A DNA stretch of 64,000 nt. Source: Antechinus flavipes. Taxonomy: Eukaryota. Where the stretch lies: positions 578,026,001 through 578,090,000 of the forward strand of contig NC_067400.1 in assembly GCF_016432865.1 (NCBI RefSeq), in the 5' to 3' direction. A program made the position numbers and the translations under genes. Shown here in pieces: positions 20,561 to 36,856 of the stretch. A model generated the notes under the pieces. The model was not told where the DNA came from. It did not search any database and saw only the letters and a list, made by a program, of their open reading frames with translations. Numbering within the stretch: the stretch's first letter is position 1; every line of letters starts with the position of its first letter.

Positions 20561-21361
20561 CCCGCTCCCCTCCATGGACTGCTGCTCCTGGACAGAGTGA
20601 GGGTGGGACGCAGAGAAGGGGTCACCGACCCCCCTAAAATAACTCCTTTGCCTTACAAAACCCCTTACAATTTCGCATGATTTCACACTAAGCCTAAGGA
20701 GGAGGAAATTGAGGGTCCGCTAAGAGAAAGCCTTGGCCTTGGGTCGAAAGGCCAATTAAGTAACAGAGGAGGAGGCAGCTTAGTGCTGACCACTACCCAT
20801 GGGGAGCCCAGACAAGGGGAGCCGCCACACTCCACCGAGACCTGACCAGACTAAACCAAATCCAGAACCAGGGCCTGGAGAGTGTGAGTGTCACGGGGCT
20901 GGGAGAGAGTCCCCGTCCTCCTCCCCCTCCCCCACCAATCCCAGCCAAAGCCAAAGCCAGTCCCCTAAAGGTCAATCGAGATCAGGAGCCTAATTAATCA
21001 AGCCCCAAGCATCTCTTGAATGCCTGCTATGTGGCAGGCTGGAGGAGGTGGTGATTGAAGAGCTGCTTTGGAATCAGGAAAGTCTATCCCAAGTGTCATC
21101 TCTGACACACACAGGCTGTGGCCCTGGGAAGTCACTCAGGGTGGCCAGGCTACTCCCTGAGACCTGTAAAATGCAAGGGGCTCCACAGAAGGGGTGAGGT
21201 TCCCTATTACAGCAAGGAAATCACAGATGGACTGGGAACAAAAGTGGTCCCCAAACCCCAGAAACCCTGACAAAAATGAAACCAGTCCCATTCACCAATG
21301 GGGCACCTTATCAATGGCACATCTGTCAAGGCTGAAGTTCTTAATCTGGAGTGTGTGTGTG

Positions 21362-21525
21362 NNNNNNNNNNNNNNNNNNNNNNNNNNNNNNNNNNNNNNN
21401 NNNNNNNNNNNNNNNNNNNNNNNNNNNNNNNNNNNNNNNNNNNNNNNNNNNNNNNNNNNNNNNNNNNNNNNNNNNNNNNNNNNNNNNNNNNNNNNNNNNN
21501 NNNNNNNNNNNNNNNNNNNNNNNNN
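21362..21525. other. Assembly gap (164 N) at a TG repeat
   Basis: Run of N. Confidence 1.
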
Positions 21526-22954
21526 GTATGTATTATTTCAGAAATGGTTTCCTATGTAATTCTAGTTTAGGCTTTAATACACATTCTGGTTCTCTAGGAT
21601 GTCCAGGATTCACAAAAAGGCTAAGATTGCCCAGATAGGATGACAAACAACCAACATGGCCCCAGAGAAGTAGCTAACAGCTATGTGGAGCCCTGAGCTT
21701 CTGAGTTCAAATTATACTTTATTCTGATGGCCTTGTCTATAAAAGGGGAGAGAGGAGGAATTGGTCTATATGGCTTATATACAAATACATATACACATAC
21801 AGGATTATAAATACATATACAGAATTTCATATACCAAATATGGGTGGGGGGGAGACGAGTAAGAACTCTTTTCAAGGAGTGGACACTTGAGCTGGGCCTT
21901 GAAAAAAAACAACTTTTTCAAGAACTCCTGTTGTTCCCTGCCTTGGCACCAGGGGTTACAGATGGACCAAAAAAAAAAAAAAAACTTTGGGATTTTGATC
22001 AAGGAAAGACTGTCAAAAGATACCAACCTCTGACCCCTGGCAAATGATGTTGCTTTTGGGGGTCCCAGTTTTCTCCTTCATAGAATAGGTATGTTTTTGT
22101 AATCCTATAGAATGGGACAAATGTTTCAAGCAGCTTTCTAAACTTAAAAGTGTAACACAAGTAGAACTATAAACTCACCAGGACCAAAAAGGGAATTTCC
22201 TCTGCTCTCCAAAGCTAGGGCTGTTCTGTATTACCAACCTAGTTGGGAAAGAATTCAACATTTATTAAGGGAGAGGGATTGTGATTTAAAGAGTGCCATA
22301 TGGAGTCGAGGGACCTGAGTTCAACTACTTAGGGGACAGTTGGCAAGGATCTTCTCTGGCATTATTTTCTTTTTTGTAAAATGAGACTGAATTAAACAAA
22401 TTTGAAAGTCAGCCAACGCACATTTACTATGTGCCAGGAATTGTACTAAATGCTAGAGTTAGAAAGGCAAAAGATAAAAACAAAAAAACTACTCTCATAG
22501 TGCTAGTTTTTAAATAGCTTACATGGTAACAAAAGAGACAACATAAAAGATAAATATGGAATAGATGGAAAGTAATTTGAAAAGGTACAGCATTAGCATT
22601 TAGGGGAATCAGGACAGGCTCTGAGAGGTGAATTTTGGGCTGAGCCATGATCGAAGCCAGAGGAGCCAAGAGGTAGAAGTGAGGGGGCAGAGCATACCAG
22701 GCGTGGAAGTAGGGGGAAAAGGGGCGCAGCAATGCAAAGGCCAAGAGGGAACGTGGAATAGTGTACAAGAGCTACAACCAGGATCTGTAGTGAGGAGAGA
22801 AGGGGAAAATGAAGGTGTAAGAAAGCTGGAAAGGGAAAGAGCCCCAAGTTATGGGGCTTTATATTTGATCCTGGAAGTAAGAGGGAGCCACTGGAGCTCA
22901 CTGGTGAGGTGGAGTTGAATACAGTAAGAACTTTGCTTTAGAAAAATGCTGGGA

Positions 22955-23673
22955 AAGAGTTATCAAGCTGTGCATGCCCTTTGATCCAGCAGTGTTACTA
23001 CTGGGCTTATACCCCAAAAAGATCATAAAAGAGAGAGGAGGACCCACATGTGCAAAAATGTTTGTGGCAGCCCTTTTCATAGTGGCTAGAAACTGGAAAC
23101 TGAGGATGCCCATCAATTGGAGAATGGCTGAATAAATTATGGCATAGGAATGTTATGGGATATTATTGTTCTATAAGAAACGATTGACAGGATGACTTCA
23201 GAGAGGCCTGAGACACTTACATGAACTGATGCTGAGTGAAATGAGCAGAATCAGATTGTACACAGCAACAGCAAGATTATATGATGATCAATTCTGACTC
23301 TTCAACAAGGAGGTGAATCAGGCCAGTTCCAATGGTCTTGTGATGATAAGAGCCATCTGCATCCAGAGAGAGGACTATGGGAATTGAATATGGATCACAA
23401 CATAGCATTTTCACCTTTTTTTTTTTTGCTTGCTTATTTTTTTCCTTTTTCATTTTATTATCTTTTGGATGATTTTTCTTGTGCAGCATATTTGTGGAAA
23501 TATGTATAGAAGAATTGCACATGTTGGATTACATGCCATCTAGGGGAGGGGGTGGGAGAGAATAAATTTGGAACACAGGGTTTTGTAAGGGTGAATGTTG
23601 AAAATTATCCATAATAATTTGAATAATAAAAATAAAATAAAATTTTGAAAATAAAAAGATTTAATTTAAAAAA
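22955..23673 (+). mobile_element. 5'-truncated L1 (ORF2 end + 3' UTR + A tail) inserted into an L2
   Basis: PFDPAVLLLGLYPK-type ORF2 C-terminus; TSD agaaaaatg(c/t)tggga at 22940-22954 and 23674-23688. Confidence 0.85.
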
Positions 23674-23688
23674 AGAAAAATGTTGGGA

Positions 23689-24310
23689 GATGAGGAGGGA
23701 AGGGAGTGAAGGGGACCTATTTGAAGATTATTGCATGAGTCCAATTGAGAGGGGCTGAGGTCCTGGACTTAGGCTACAGTTGTGTGAGTGTGGGAAAGAG
23801 GGGATATATTCAAGGGATGTAGTAAAGGTAGAAACAAGACTTGGTGACTAATTGGTATGTAGAGTGAAGAGAATAATAGATTTCCGACTGGAAGGATAGA
23901 GGTGTCCATGATATCAATGAGGAAATTTAAAATGGAGAAAGATGAGGAATTATTTTGGCCATGTTGAGTTTGAGCTGCTTATGAAACATCGAGTGTAAGC
24001 TACTCCAGAGGATGTTGGTGACTCGTTCATCAGAGACAAGAGCTATGTATAAATCTGGGAATAGGCTCCCTAAAGATAATAACCCATGAGAACTAAGGAG
24101 ATTACCAAGAGTATAGATAAAAGGATTCAGGACAGGGCCATGGGGGGTAGCCACAGTTAGAGGGCATGGTGAGAAGAACCAGTAAAGGAGACATGTGGAA
24201 GAACCAGGAGAGAGCAGCAGCATGAAAACCTAGAGGAGACAATGTCCGAAGGAGGCGACCGCCACTATCAAGAGCAACAGCAGAGGTTAAGATGGACACT
24301 GGATGGGGGA
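23689..24310 (-). mobile_element. L2 LINE remnant (RT region), continuing at about 22560-22940
   Basis: ORF-track peptide PHGPVLNP...LGNLLSSHG...QLKLNMAK resembles L2 RT (PQGSVLGP...LKLNMSK). Confidence 0.7.
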
Positions 24311-24767
24311 AAATTCCTGGGTATTGTGGGGCCAGCGGGTTCAGCTGAATGATGGCGAGGTCAGAAGCCAGGCTGCTGGGTTAGAAGAATAGGGGGAGAG
24401 GAAGGGAAGAGGAAGAGAAAGAGACCAAGCAGAGGGTCTACATCCCACACAGATGGGGTCAAGCCCTGACTCCACATCCTGAGCTTCCTGCCGCTGCACC
24501 GCCGCTGGCAGCCTCTTGGGAGCTTGGATGTCCCACTGCCCCCCAAGTAGGTCCAGAATAGCAGCCCCGGCAGCAGCAGGGGACCTCTCCAGCCCTGGCC
24601 TGGATGACGTGTGCCCTGCCGGGGGGGGAGGCCTCCTTCCGCCTTGGATCCAGGTGCCCGCCTCCCTGGGAGGAAGTGGGGTGGGCACAAAGGCCTGGTT
24701 CCAGCCTGATGCTGATGTCTCTTGACAGCTGCCGCCCAGGCTGGCCCAGCAAGGGGAGGGGACCTGA

Positions 24768-24823
24768 TTTAAAGCACCCGCTGCTGCCCCAGCTGCCTGG
24801 GAGTCGTGAGCGGAAAGCCGCAG
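24768..24823 (+). promoter_or_regulatory. Candidate ZNF593OS core promoter and short non-coding first exon
   Basis: TTTAAA TATA-like box at 24768-24773, then CAG|GTGAGC donor at 24823/24824; matching acceptor tttccccccag| at 25176, 13 nt before the ATG; no upstream ATG in the leader. Confidence 0.55.
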
Positions 24824-25189
24824 GTGAGCATCCTCTCCAGGCATCCACGCCCTTGGGTTGGGGGAGATGAAAGGAGCTCTCCTTGAATGGGGGTGATGGG
24901 TACAGAGGAGGGGGGTGGGAACTGGACGATACAGAGCTGAGCACCCAGTAACAAGGAGAAGGAAGCGGGGGAGATTCTGTGTATGCGCACCCGAGCTTGG
25001 GAGGCGAGGGGAAGAGTGAGGGGTGGGGATCTAGGAAGAGGTAGCCCTAAGCATTCCTGCCCCCTCCCCTTGACCCAATTTCTACTCTGTGACATTGGAA
25101 ATGCCAGCAGGGTTTTCATCCCCCTCCTGTCCTCTCGGGACGGCCACCCAGAAATCGGAGCTATCTTTCCCCCCAGACCTAGGCCAACC

Positions 25190-25748
25190 ATGCGCTTTGG
25201 ACGACTGACCCCCGGCTATTTTCGAATGCTAGAGGTAATTTCTCCCCCATAACTGCCAGGCTCCCTCCTTCTCCTCCAGCCCCAGCCCGCCACAGTAGAG
25301 CCAGCCAGGCACGTTGCAAGCCGCCTGAGCAGCTGGGCCCCGCATGCTTGCCCTGCAGCACTGATGCGAGAGAGCATCGGTGTGGAATGTCCCTGGGAGG
25401 GAGGCCATCCTCCTGCCCTTCTGAGGCCCCCAAAAGAAGGGGTGGGGTCACTGGCACCCCCCACTCAGCCCTACCCTTTTCCAAGGCACCCCCACCCCCA
25501 ACATCCCCAGTCCAGATCCTCAAGGCCAGAGAAAAACACTCCTGGGGCCTTGGTGGAAAAGGCCCCTCCCAACGCTGCTCCCTTTCTACCCCATTACTCA
25601 GATGCAAGTGGCTGGGGAGCTGGCGGCAGAACCCCGGAACAAGCTGGTGGGTGCTCTGGCCACACTGCTGGCTGTGTTCGGCCTGGGTCTCTCCTTCTAC
25701 AGTGTCCGGCAGCTGGCGGATCAAGGAAAGTCCCCAAAGACCCCATGA
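25190..25748 (+). CDS. ZNF593OS: ZNF593 opposite-strand transmembrane microprotein, 63 aa, join(25190..25234,25602..25748)
   Basis: [63 protein letters not shown]. Kozak-like ccaaccATG, GT-AG phase-0 intron, one hydrophobic helix. Matches the recalled human 63-aa ZNF593OS ([15 protein letters not shown]...) and its syntenic position. Confidence 0.9.
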
Positions 25749-25954
25749 CAGGACAGGCAGCCCCTGGAAGTCTGGGAGCCAGTATCCACCTCACCCCAAA
25801 TCCAGAGGAAGACCTCTTCCTGCCTTTTCTACCACTTTCTGTCCCCTTACCCATTGGACAGCACGCCCCAGCAAGCTGGGAGGCCAAGGGAGAAAGGATG
25901 GGGTATCGGGAGCACCCATGCCTACCTAGTCTGGAGAAGTGGGAGCCCTGATGG

Positions 25955-25960
25955 AATAAA
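25955..25960 (+). terminator. AATAAA poly(A) signal, probable ZNF593OS
   Basis: First AATAAA about 210 nt after the ZNF593OS stop codon. Confidence 0.6.
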
Positions 25961-26207
25961 TCTGGAAACCTACAAGGTGCAGAGAGAAGACGTGCCGTAA
26001 CTGGGGCTCTGTCTGGTGACGTGCGTCCATAGCAAAGGGATCGGGAGGGAAGGGCTCCCTTCACCCAAAGGTTCGGCATGTGGCAGGGTCCCCACAAGCA
26101 AGCATAGAGACTAGGGGTAGAAGAGCTCCTGGGGCAATGTGGATGGGCAAGCATCAAGCTCCAGTAGGGAAATCAGAAACACGATGGAGTCAGAGCAGCT
26201 CAGCTCC

Positions 26208-26213
26208 TTTATT
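26208..26213 (-). terminator. AATAAA poly(A) signal, probable ZNF593
   Basis: tttatt on + strand about 100 nt past the ZNF593 stop codon. Confidence 0.7.
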
Positions 26214-26315
26214 GGGAAAGAGCAAGAACTCTGCTCTGAGAATTGGGGGAGAGTTCAGTTCAGCCAGTCCAGTCTAGCATCGCCATGCAATGGTTTCCTC
26301 TGCCTGCGAGCAGCA

Positions 26316-26457
26316 TCAGCTAGCCACCTCCATAGCAGCTGTGTCAGTGGATACATCTGTGGGCACTGCCAGCAACTTGGGGGGCACATAAGAGCCCATG
26401 CCCGCTGCCCGCTCTGCTTCTTCCTGACTGTAGGGTTCCACTGTCAGTTGCTTCAGC
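26316..26457 (-). CDS. ZNF593: ZNF593 coding exon 3
   Basis: [24 protein letters not shown]...; ttcag| acceptor; TGA at 26316-26318. Confidence 0.95.
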
Positions 26458-28245
26458 CTGAAGGAGAAAAGGAGCCAGAGTTAAAGAAGGGCCAGCACTA
26501 GATTGGGAAGAAGGGGGAAAGGCAGAGATCAGGGAGGGGATCTAAGGGAAGAGATTGCTGAGAGAGAAAGAAGAATGCTGTGGGGGAGGGAAACATTTCT
26601 TAAAGAAGGGCTGGAAGGGAAGATAACATCAGTGGAGGAGCCACCCCAGCTCTCACCTTTTTTTGTGATCTTTGGATTTTAAATGATTCTTCAGGCTGGC
26701 TGTATCAATGAAGTATCTCCTGGAGGGAGGCAGAGGTGAGATGTGTCTATGAGGTCCTTTCCCTCCCTCTTCATCCTCCCCTCAGAGAAGTAGAGCTGGG
26801 AAATGAGGATTCGGACAAGTCACTGGCCTCAAAACTAACCTTTCACCTCCCAGCTTCCTCTCCTTCTTGACCTAGGACTCAGTGCCTCCATCCCCTGAGT
26901 CCCAAAGCTTCCATTCCCAATTCTCCAGCTCTATTTCCCAAAGCCTCCATCCTCTGGGTCCTCAATTACCATATGCACCCAACCTCACAAATCTTTTAGT
27001 CCCAGGTCCCCAATTTCCCATCCCTCAGCCTCTACTCCCTAATTCCCCACTTCCCATCCCCCCAACCTCTCCACCTAGGTCCCCACTTCCCATCCCCCCA
27101 ACCTCTCCACCTAGGTCCCCACTTCCCATCCCCCCAACCTCTCCACCTAGGTCCCCACTTCCCATCCCCCCAACCTCTCCACCTAGGTCCCCGCTTCCCA
27201 TCCCCCCAACCTCTCCACCTAGGTCCCCGCTTCCCATCCCCCCAACCTCTCCACCTAGGTCTCCACTTCCCATCCCCCCAACCTCTCCACCTAGGTCCCC
27301 ACTTCCCATCCCCCCAACCTCTCCACCTAGGTCCCCACTTCCCATCCCCCCAACCTCTCCACCTAGGTCCCCACTTCCCATCCCCCCAACCTCTCCACCT
27401 AGGTCCCCACTTCCCATCCCCCCAACCTCTCCACCTAGGTCCCCACTTCCCATCCCCCCAACCTCTCCACCTAGGTCCCTACTTCCTAATCTTTGGAGCC
27501 TCTACCTTCTAGTCCCTACTTTCCAACCCTCTATGAACTTCTTCCTCCAGGTCCCTACTTCCTAACCCCTCCCAGCCTCAACACCCTAGGTCCCCACTTC
27601 CCAGCCCTCCCCTAGGCTCTCCCTCTAAGTCCCACTTTCTAGTCTCACCAGGTTGTCCCCTAGATCCCCACTTCCGAACGTCCCCAACCTCTACCTCGTA
27701 GTTCCCCATTTTCCAACCTTCTATGAACTTCCACCTCCAGGTCGCTACTTCCTAAATCCGCCAGACTCTTTACCTAGGTCCCTACTTCCTAGTCCCCTCA
27801 GCCTCCAGCCCCCCAGCCTGTTCCCTAGATCCTTACTTCTTAGCTCGTAGTTCCCCATTTTCCAACCTTCTATGAACTTCCCCGTCCAAGTCCCTACTTC
27901 CTAATCCCCCCAGCCTCTGCACACTAGGTCCCCACTTTCCAGCCCCGCCCCTCCCAGCCGGCACCCCCCAGACGCCACTTTCCAGCCCCGCCCCCCAGTC
28001 TCCACTCGTTGGGTCCCCCGCCCCCGGCCCGCCCCTCCCGGAGCTCACGCGCAGGCCAAGCAGCGGTGGTTGCCTCCCCCGGGCAAGTCGGGGTCCTGCT
28101 CGGCGTCGGGCTGGGGCCGGCGGGCTACGCTGTCGGGCCGCAGGTCCCGGTGAATCTCGTCCAGGTCTGGCCGCCGCCGCTTGGCCTTCAGCTGGCGGGC
28201 CAGGGAGTGCGCGCGATGTGCGCCGGTGCGCCGGGAGCGGGCCAT
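26316..28245 (-). CDS. ZNF593: Zinc finger protein 593 (Bud20-type pre-60S factor), 133 aa, complement join(28049..28245,26657..26719,26316..26457)
   Basis: [32 protein letters not shown]...CLACA|[20 protein letters not shown]|[47 protein letters not shown]; C-x2-C-x12-H-x5-H finger; GT-AG introns. Confidence 0.96.
26657..26719 (-). CDS. ZNF593: ZNF593 coding exon 2
   Basis: [20 protein letters not shown]; cag|...|gtgaga; 63 nt. Confidence 0.95.
27044..27475. repeat. 36-bp VNTR, 12 near-perfect units, ZNF593 intron 1
   Basis: Unit TCCCCACTTCCCATCCCCCCAACCTCTCCACCTAGG; 432 bp = 12 x 36; only three units differ, each by 1 nt. Confidence 0.97.
27476..27990. repeat. Degenerate C-rich repeats related to the 36-bp VNTR
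   Basis: Recurrent ...ggtccc(t/c)acttcc..., and ttccaacc(c/t)tctatgaacttc three times (about 27520, 27711, 27860). Confidence 0.7.
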
Positions 28246-28780
28246 GGCTTCACTGGGGATAAGCTCTGGGCTTCAGGCAGCCGGGGTCCGCGTGAAGCCG
28301 ACTTCCGGGCCGGGTTGTGACGTCTTGGGGCTGGGCTTACCGGCCTCTCGGCTCGAGCGCCCCCCGGCGGACCGGCGGGGCCCCGCAGCGGGCGGGGTCT
28401 CGTTCCCCGCCCCCAAACACCCTACTCGCGCTACTCGTCACGGAGCGTCTTCTCGGGCTGAAGGGAGGGGCGTGCGTCCCTGGGCACCTCGCACGCCCCC
28501 GCCACACCTCGCCCTGCCCCCTGGGGCCTAACGGAACGATGCTGAGCCTTATTTCCACTACTTGGAGCCATTTCTCATGGACTTACTCCCTCCCCCTCTC
28601 CTCCCTCCCCCCCCCCCCCCACGAGCCTCCGGTGCCCGCATCCATCCGCAAGCAAGCCTTTAGGGAGCGCCAGAGCCTGGGCGTGGCCCGGAGGATGCTG
28701 ACAGAATCAATCAACGCTTGGGGTCCCACTGTGGGCCAGGCACAGCGCTCGGAGCTCGGCGTTCGGAGTTAGAAAGAAGC
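27950..28780 (-). promoter_or_regulatory. ZNF593 CpG island promoter
   Basis: CpG-dense; ETS motif CCGGAAGT on - strand at 28301-28308 and CRE-like TGACGTCT at 28318-28325, just upstream of the ATG. Confidence 0.8.
28049..28245 (-). CDS. ZNF593: ZNF593 coding exon 1
   Basis: ORF 28045-28245 up to GC|gtgagc donor; 197 nt. Confidence 0.95.
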
Positions 28781-30625
28781 GGCCCCTTGCCTTCAATCAC
28801 TGAACTTTATGAAGCGCCTACTGCGCGTGGGGGAGCCGAGTGGCGGCCGATAGAGAGGGCAAGGCCCCTCAGAAACTTGCCTGCTGGGTGACCCTAGGCA
28901 AGGCACTTAACCATGATCGCCTCAGTTTCCTTATTTGTCAAGTGACGGGAGAAGGAAATGGCAAACCACTCTCTTTGCCAAGAAAACCCCATGGGGGTCT
29001 GTAACAATTGGACACAACTGAACAACTACTGTGTGTTACGCACTGCTTTTAGTTCTAGGGACACAAAAAGAAAGCCCACATTTATGAAGCACCTACTATG
29101 TGCCAGGCTCTGCGCTAAGCACTGGGAATAAAAGGGAGACAAAGGGTAGCGCCTGCCTCTCAAAGCGCTAGTGGGGGAGACTACGTGCAAACAGCTATAC
29201 AAAGCAAAGGACATACAAGATAAATTTTTGTTTACTTTGGAGGCAACGGGCTTAAGCGAGTGGTCCCTAAGGGTCTGAGGCTGGATTTGATCTCAGGTCC
29301 TTCTGACTCCCAACGTGCCATCTAACAGGAGATAATTAGAATGAAGAGGGGTTGGGAAAGGTGGGTTTGAGGGAAAGGAGCCGGGGAGTTCTGTAGTGAG
29401 AGGGAAGGGGGACATCCAGTCAGAGAGGGGGAAGGTCATGTTCATGGAACAGCCAGGGGGTCAGCGTTAGTGATGGACATAGTGGTCAGTAAAGTGAGGG
29501 AGAGGGGGAGCCTGGGAAGGTGGGAGGGACAAGAAGAGCATTTTGTATTTGTTCATGGAGGCAATAGGGAGTTTTTGAAAAGTGGGGTGATATGGTCAGT
29601 TCTGAGCTTTCGGAAAATCACTCTAGTGGCTGAATGGAGGATGGAGTTGAAGCAGGCAGAGTTAATCTCAGTTTCCTCATCTGTAAAATGAGGATAATAA
29701 GCGCATCTATCTACCAGAAATGTTGAGTGGATCAAATGAGATAACAGTTGTAAAAGCCTTAAAGCCCCATATTGAATGCTAGCTATTGAGGAAACTCCCT
29801 CTGAAAATGCAGATGGGTGCATATCCTGCAATGTCTTGTCCTGGGGCAACTGAGAGGTTGTGTTGGGCAGGTTCATGCAGCCAGAATGTAGCCAGTTGGG
29901 ACTTGAATCTCCAGGATCCAGCCCTTTGAACACTTCCGCCCGCTCAGATTTTAATTTATTAGTTAGCTATTCATTTATAATGGGTGAGAGATATTGTAGA
30001 TAGGTTTGAGCTAGCCACTCAGAGTCCTTTATTGGCCCAGTGCCGCTCTAGTCTGCACCTGTTCCAGCTGATCTATGTTCTGACTAAAATCTGCCCAGAA
30101 TCTGCCAATTCTATTCAATCCAACTAACATTTATTAAGGTTTGCTATTTATAATAGAGACACATGGAGAGACACATTCTAATTATGACATTCTGTATCAA
30201 GAACTGTGCTTGCAGAGTGAATAAAAAAAAATACCTAGTAAACGTTGTATGCTAAGCACTAGGGAAATTCTGGAGTTCAATCCTGCTTCGTGTACTTCTT
30301 AGCTGGGGGACATTGGGCAGCTCACTCGAACACTCAGAGCTTCCACTCTGAATCATCTGTGGCTTATCAAATGCTTCTGTGAAAAGAGTTCTTAACCCAG
30401 ACTAAAATCCAAGCCCCTGCTCTGTTGCCTGGTACAATGTAGCCCACGAAATTACATTGACTTTATCTCTAAGAGCACCTGGAGAAGAGCTGGGTTTCTT
30501 CTCTTTGGAGGTCTTTGGGCAAAGGATAGAGTCCGCTTGTGGGGTATATTGTTCTGAGAATTTCTTGTAGGCCTGCGTCAGATTAGATGGCTGCTCACCA
30601 AGGTCTCTTCTGACTCTCAAATTCT

Positions 30626-31002
30626 NNNNNNNNNNNNNNNNNNNNNNNNNNNNNNNNNNNNNNNNNNNNNNNNNNNNNNNNNNNNNNNNNNNNNNNNNNN
30701 NNNNNNNNNNNNNNNNNNNNNNNNNNNNNNNNNNNNNNNNNNNNNNNNNNNNNNNNNNNNNNNNNNNNNNNNNNNNNNNNNNNNNNNNNNNNNNNNNNNN
30801 NNNNNNNNNNNNNNNNNNNNNNNNNNNNNNNNNNNNNNNNNNNNNNNNNNNNNNNNNNNNNNNNNNNNNNNNNNNNNNNNNNNNNNNNNNNNNNNNNNNN
30901 NNNNNNNNNNNNNNNNNNNNNNNNNNNNNNNNNNNNNNNNNNNNNNNNNNNNNNNNNNNNNNNNNNNNNNNNNNNNNNNNNNNNNNNNNNNNNNNNNNNN
31001 NN
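30626..31002. other. Assembly gap (377 N)
   Basis: Run of N. Confidence 1.
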
Positions 31003-32278
31003 AGGTCTCTCAAGCAGCTTAAGTTACTCAAGATGTGATCTTAACTAGGGCAGAGAATTGCAGGATTGTCAGCCCTTCTCCACTTAATTACAGCTGGAAA
31101 TTGCAGTTAGTTGCCATTGCCCCCCTGCCAAGTTAGGTTGTTAGACTATATAACATCCTTAAAGGAAAGGCCTGGATAGTTCCCCTCCTAGTTCTGAGCA
31201 TCCCGCCTTGGTTATACAGTCTCAGGTGCTTAATTCAGGTTTATTGCATTAAATGGGACATTATCCATGCAATGGGAAGCTTGAAGTCCATGAAGATCCC
31301 TGGGGGTTTTTCCCATGAGCCCATATTGTCTCATTCTTCTGTTTTACACTTGTGTAGGAGTTGAAGGCTAATAGCACACAGGGATGAAACCCCTGAGATG
31401 CTCATGGCAAATGGGATGTGGGGGAGGGTGACTTTGGTCTCAATCAGGACAAGGGGGAGGAGAATTCTCATGGGAGAATTCCTCCCTGGAGCTCCAGGGG
31501 ATAAATGTTTTTAGGTCTGAGACCTGCCTGATGTATCAGTCCCAGCCTAATAGGCAAAGATTTGGGGAGAAGAAGATGAGGTAGGAGGCAAAGAAAAGGA
31601 GCCTCTCCCTAGCTCCAGCTCCATGTCCCCAGGGCCTAATTCCTCTTAGACTGGGAGAAACCAAAGCTGGAGTGAGTGGCAGTCAGGGACTCAGCAATAA
31701 TTCAGAGACTTGGGCTATTTGGAGCTGGTTGCCAGGAGACAGGGTCACAGGGCTGAGTGTCCCCACTCCAGGAAGGGGGAATCAGTTACGGGTCCAGACA
31801 ATGCTGTGAAATATGAGATCAGGACATTGGTGGCTCCAGGGGCTGAGGGGCCTGCCTAGGATCCTGATCATCAAATATTAGCCAGGTCCTTACGGCTAAG
31901 CAGGAGCAATAGACAGGACTTCACTGAGAATGCAAAAAGTATGTCCATGACCATCAGGTTGGATTTTTTAAAGGGGACTTGTACTTGGATTGGGAAATAC
32001 TTGTCCTAGGGCTGGAGATGAATGAGATGAAAAGGATTGGGGGAAAGTTTCTCCTGACCCCTTCCTGTCTCATCCCAGGGGGATGACTAGGAGCCTCTAG
32101 TCATCTTGGGCCCTACAGCTTCCACAGATGAGCAGAAGGAAGATTGGGGTCCCTACCTCCACCCAGATCAGATTCCCACTCCCACGGCACTGGGCCAGGC
32201 AGGGAAAGCTGGTTTATCTTTAATGAGGTCATCTGATCCCAGAGGGCAAGAGCCAGGCCCAGTCAAGTGGCCCTGTGA

Positions 32279-36856
<4,578 letters not shown>

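Noticed and set aside
21194-21638. ORFs spanning N gaps (also 30402-31031, 54156-54524)
   Set aside because: Artefacts of reading through Ns.
24341-26157. Track ORFs of 140-195 aa around ZNF593OS
   Set aside because: No recognisable homology; the spliced 63-aa frame explains the locus better.
26882-27565. 227-aa Pro-rich ORF and 142-aa Gly-rich antisense ORF
   Set aside because: Translations of the 36-bp VNTR inside ZNF593 intron 1.
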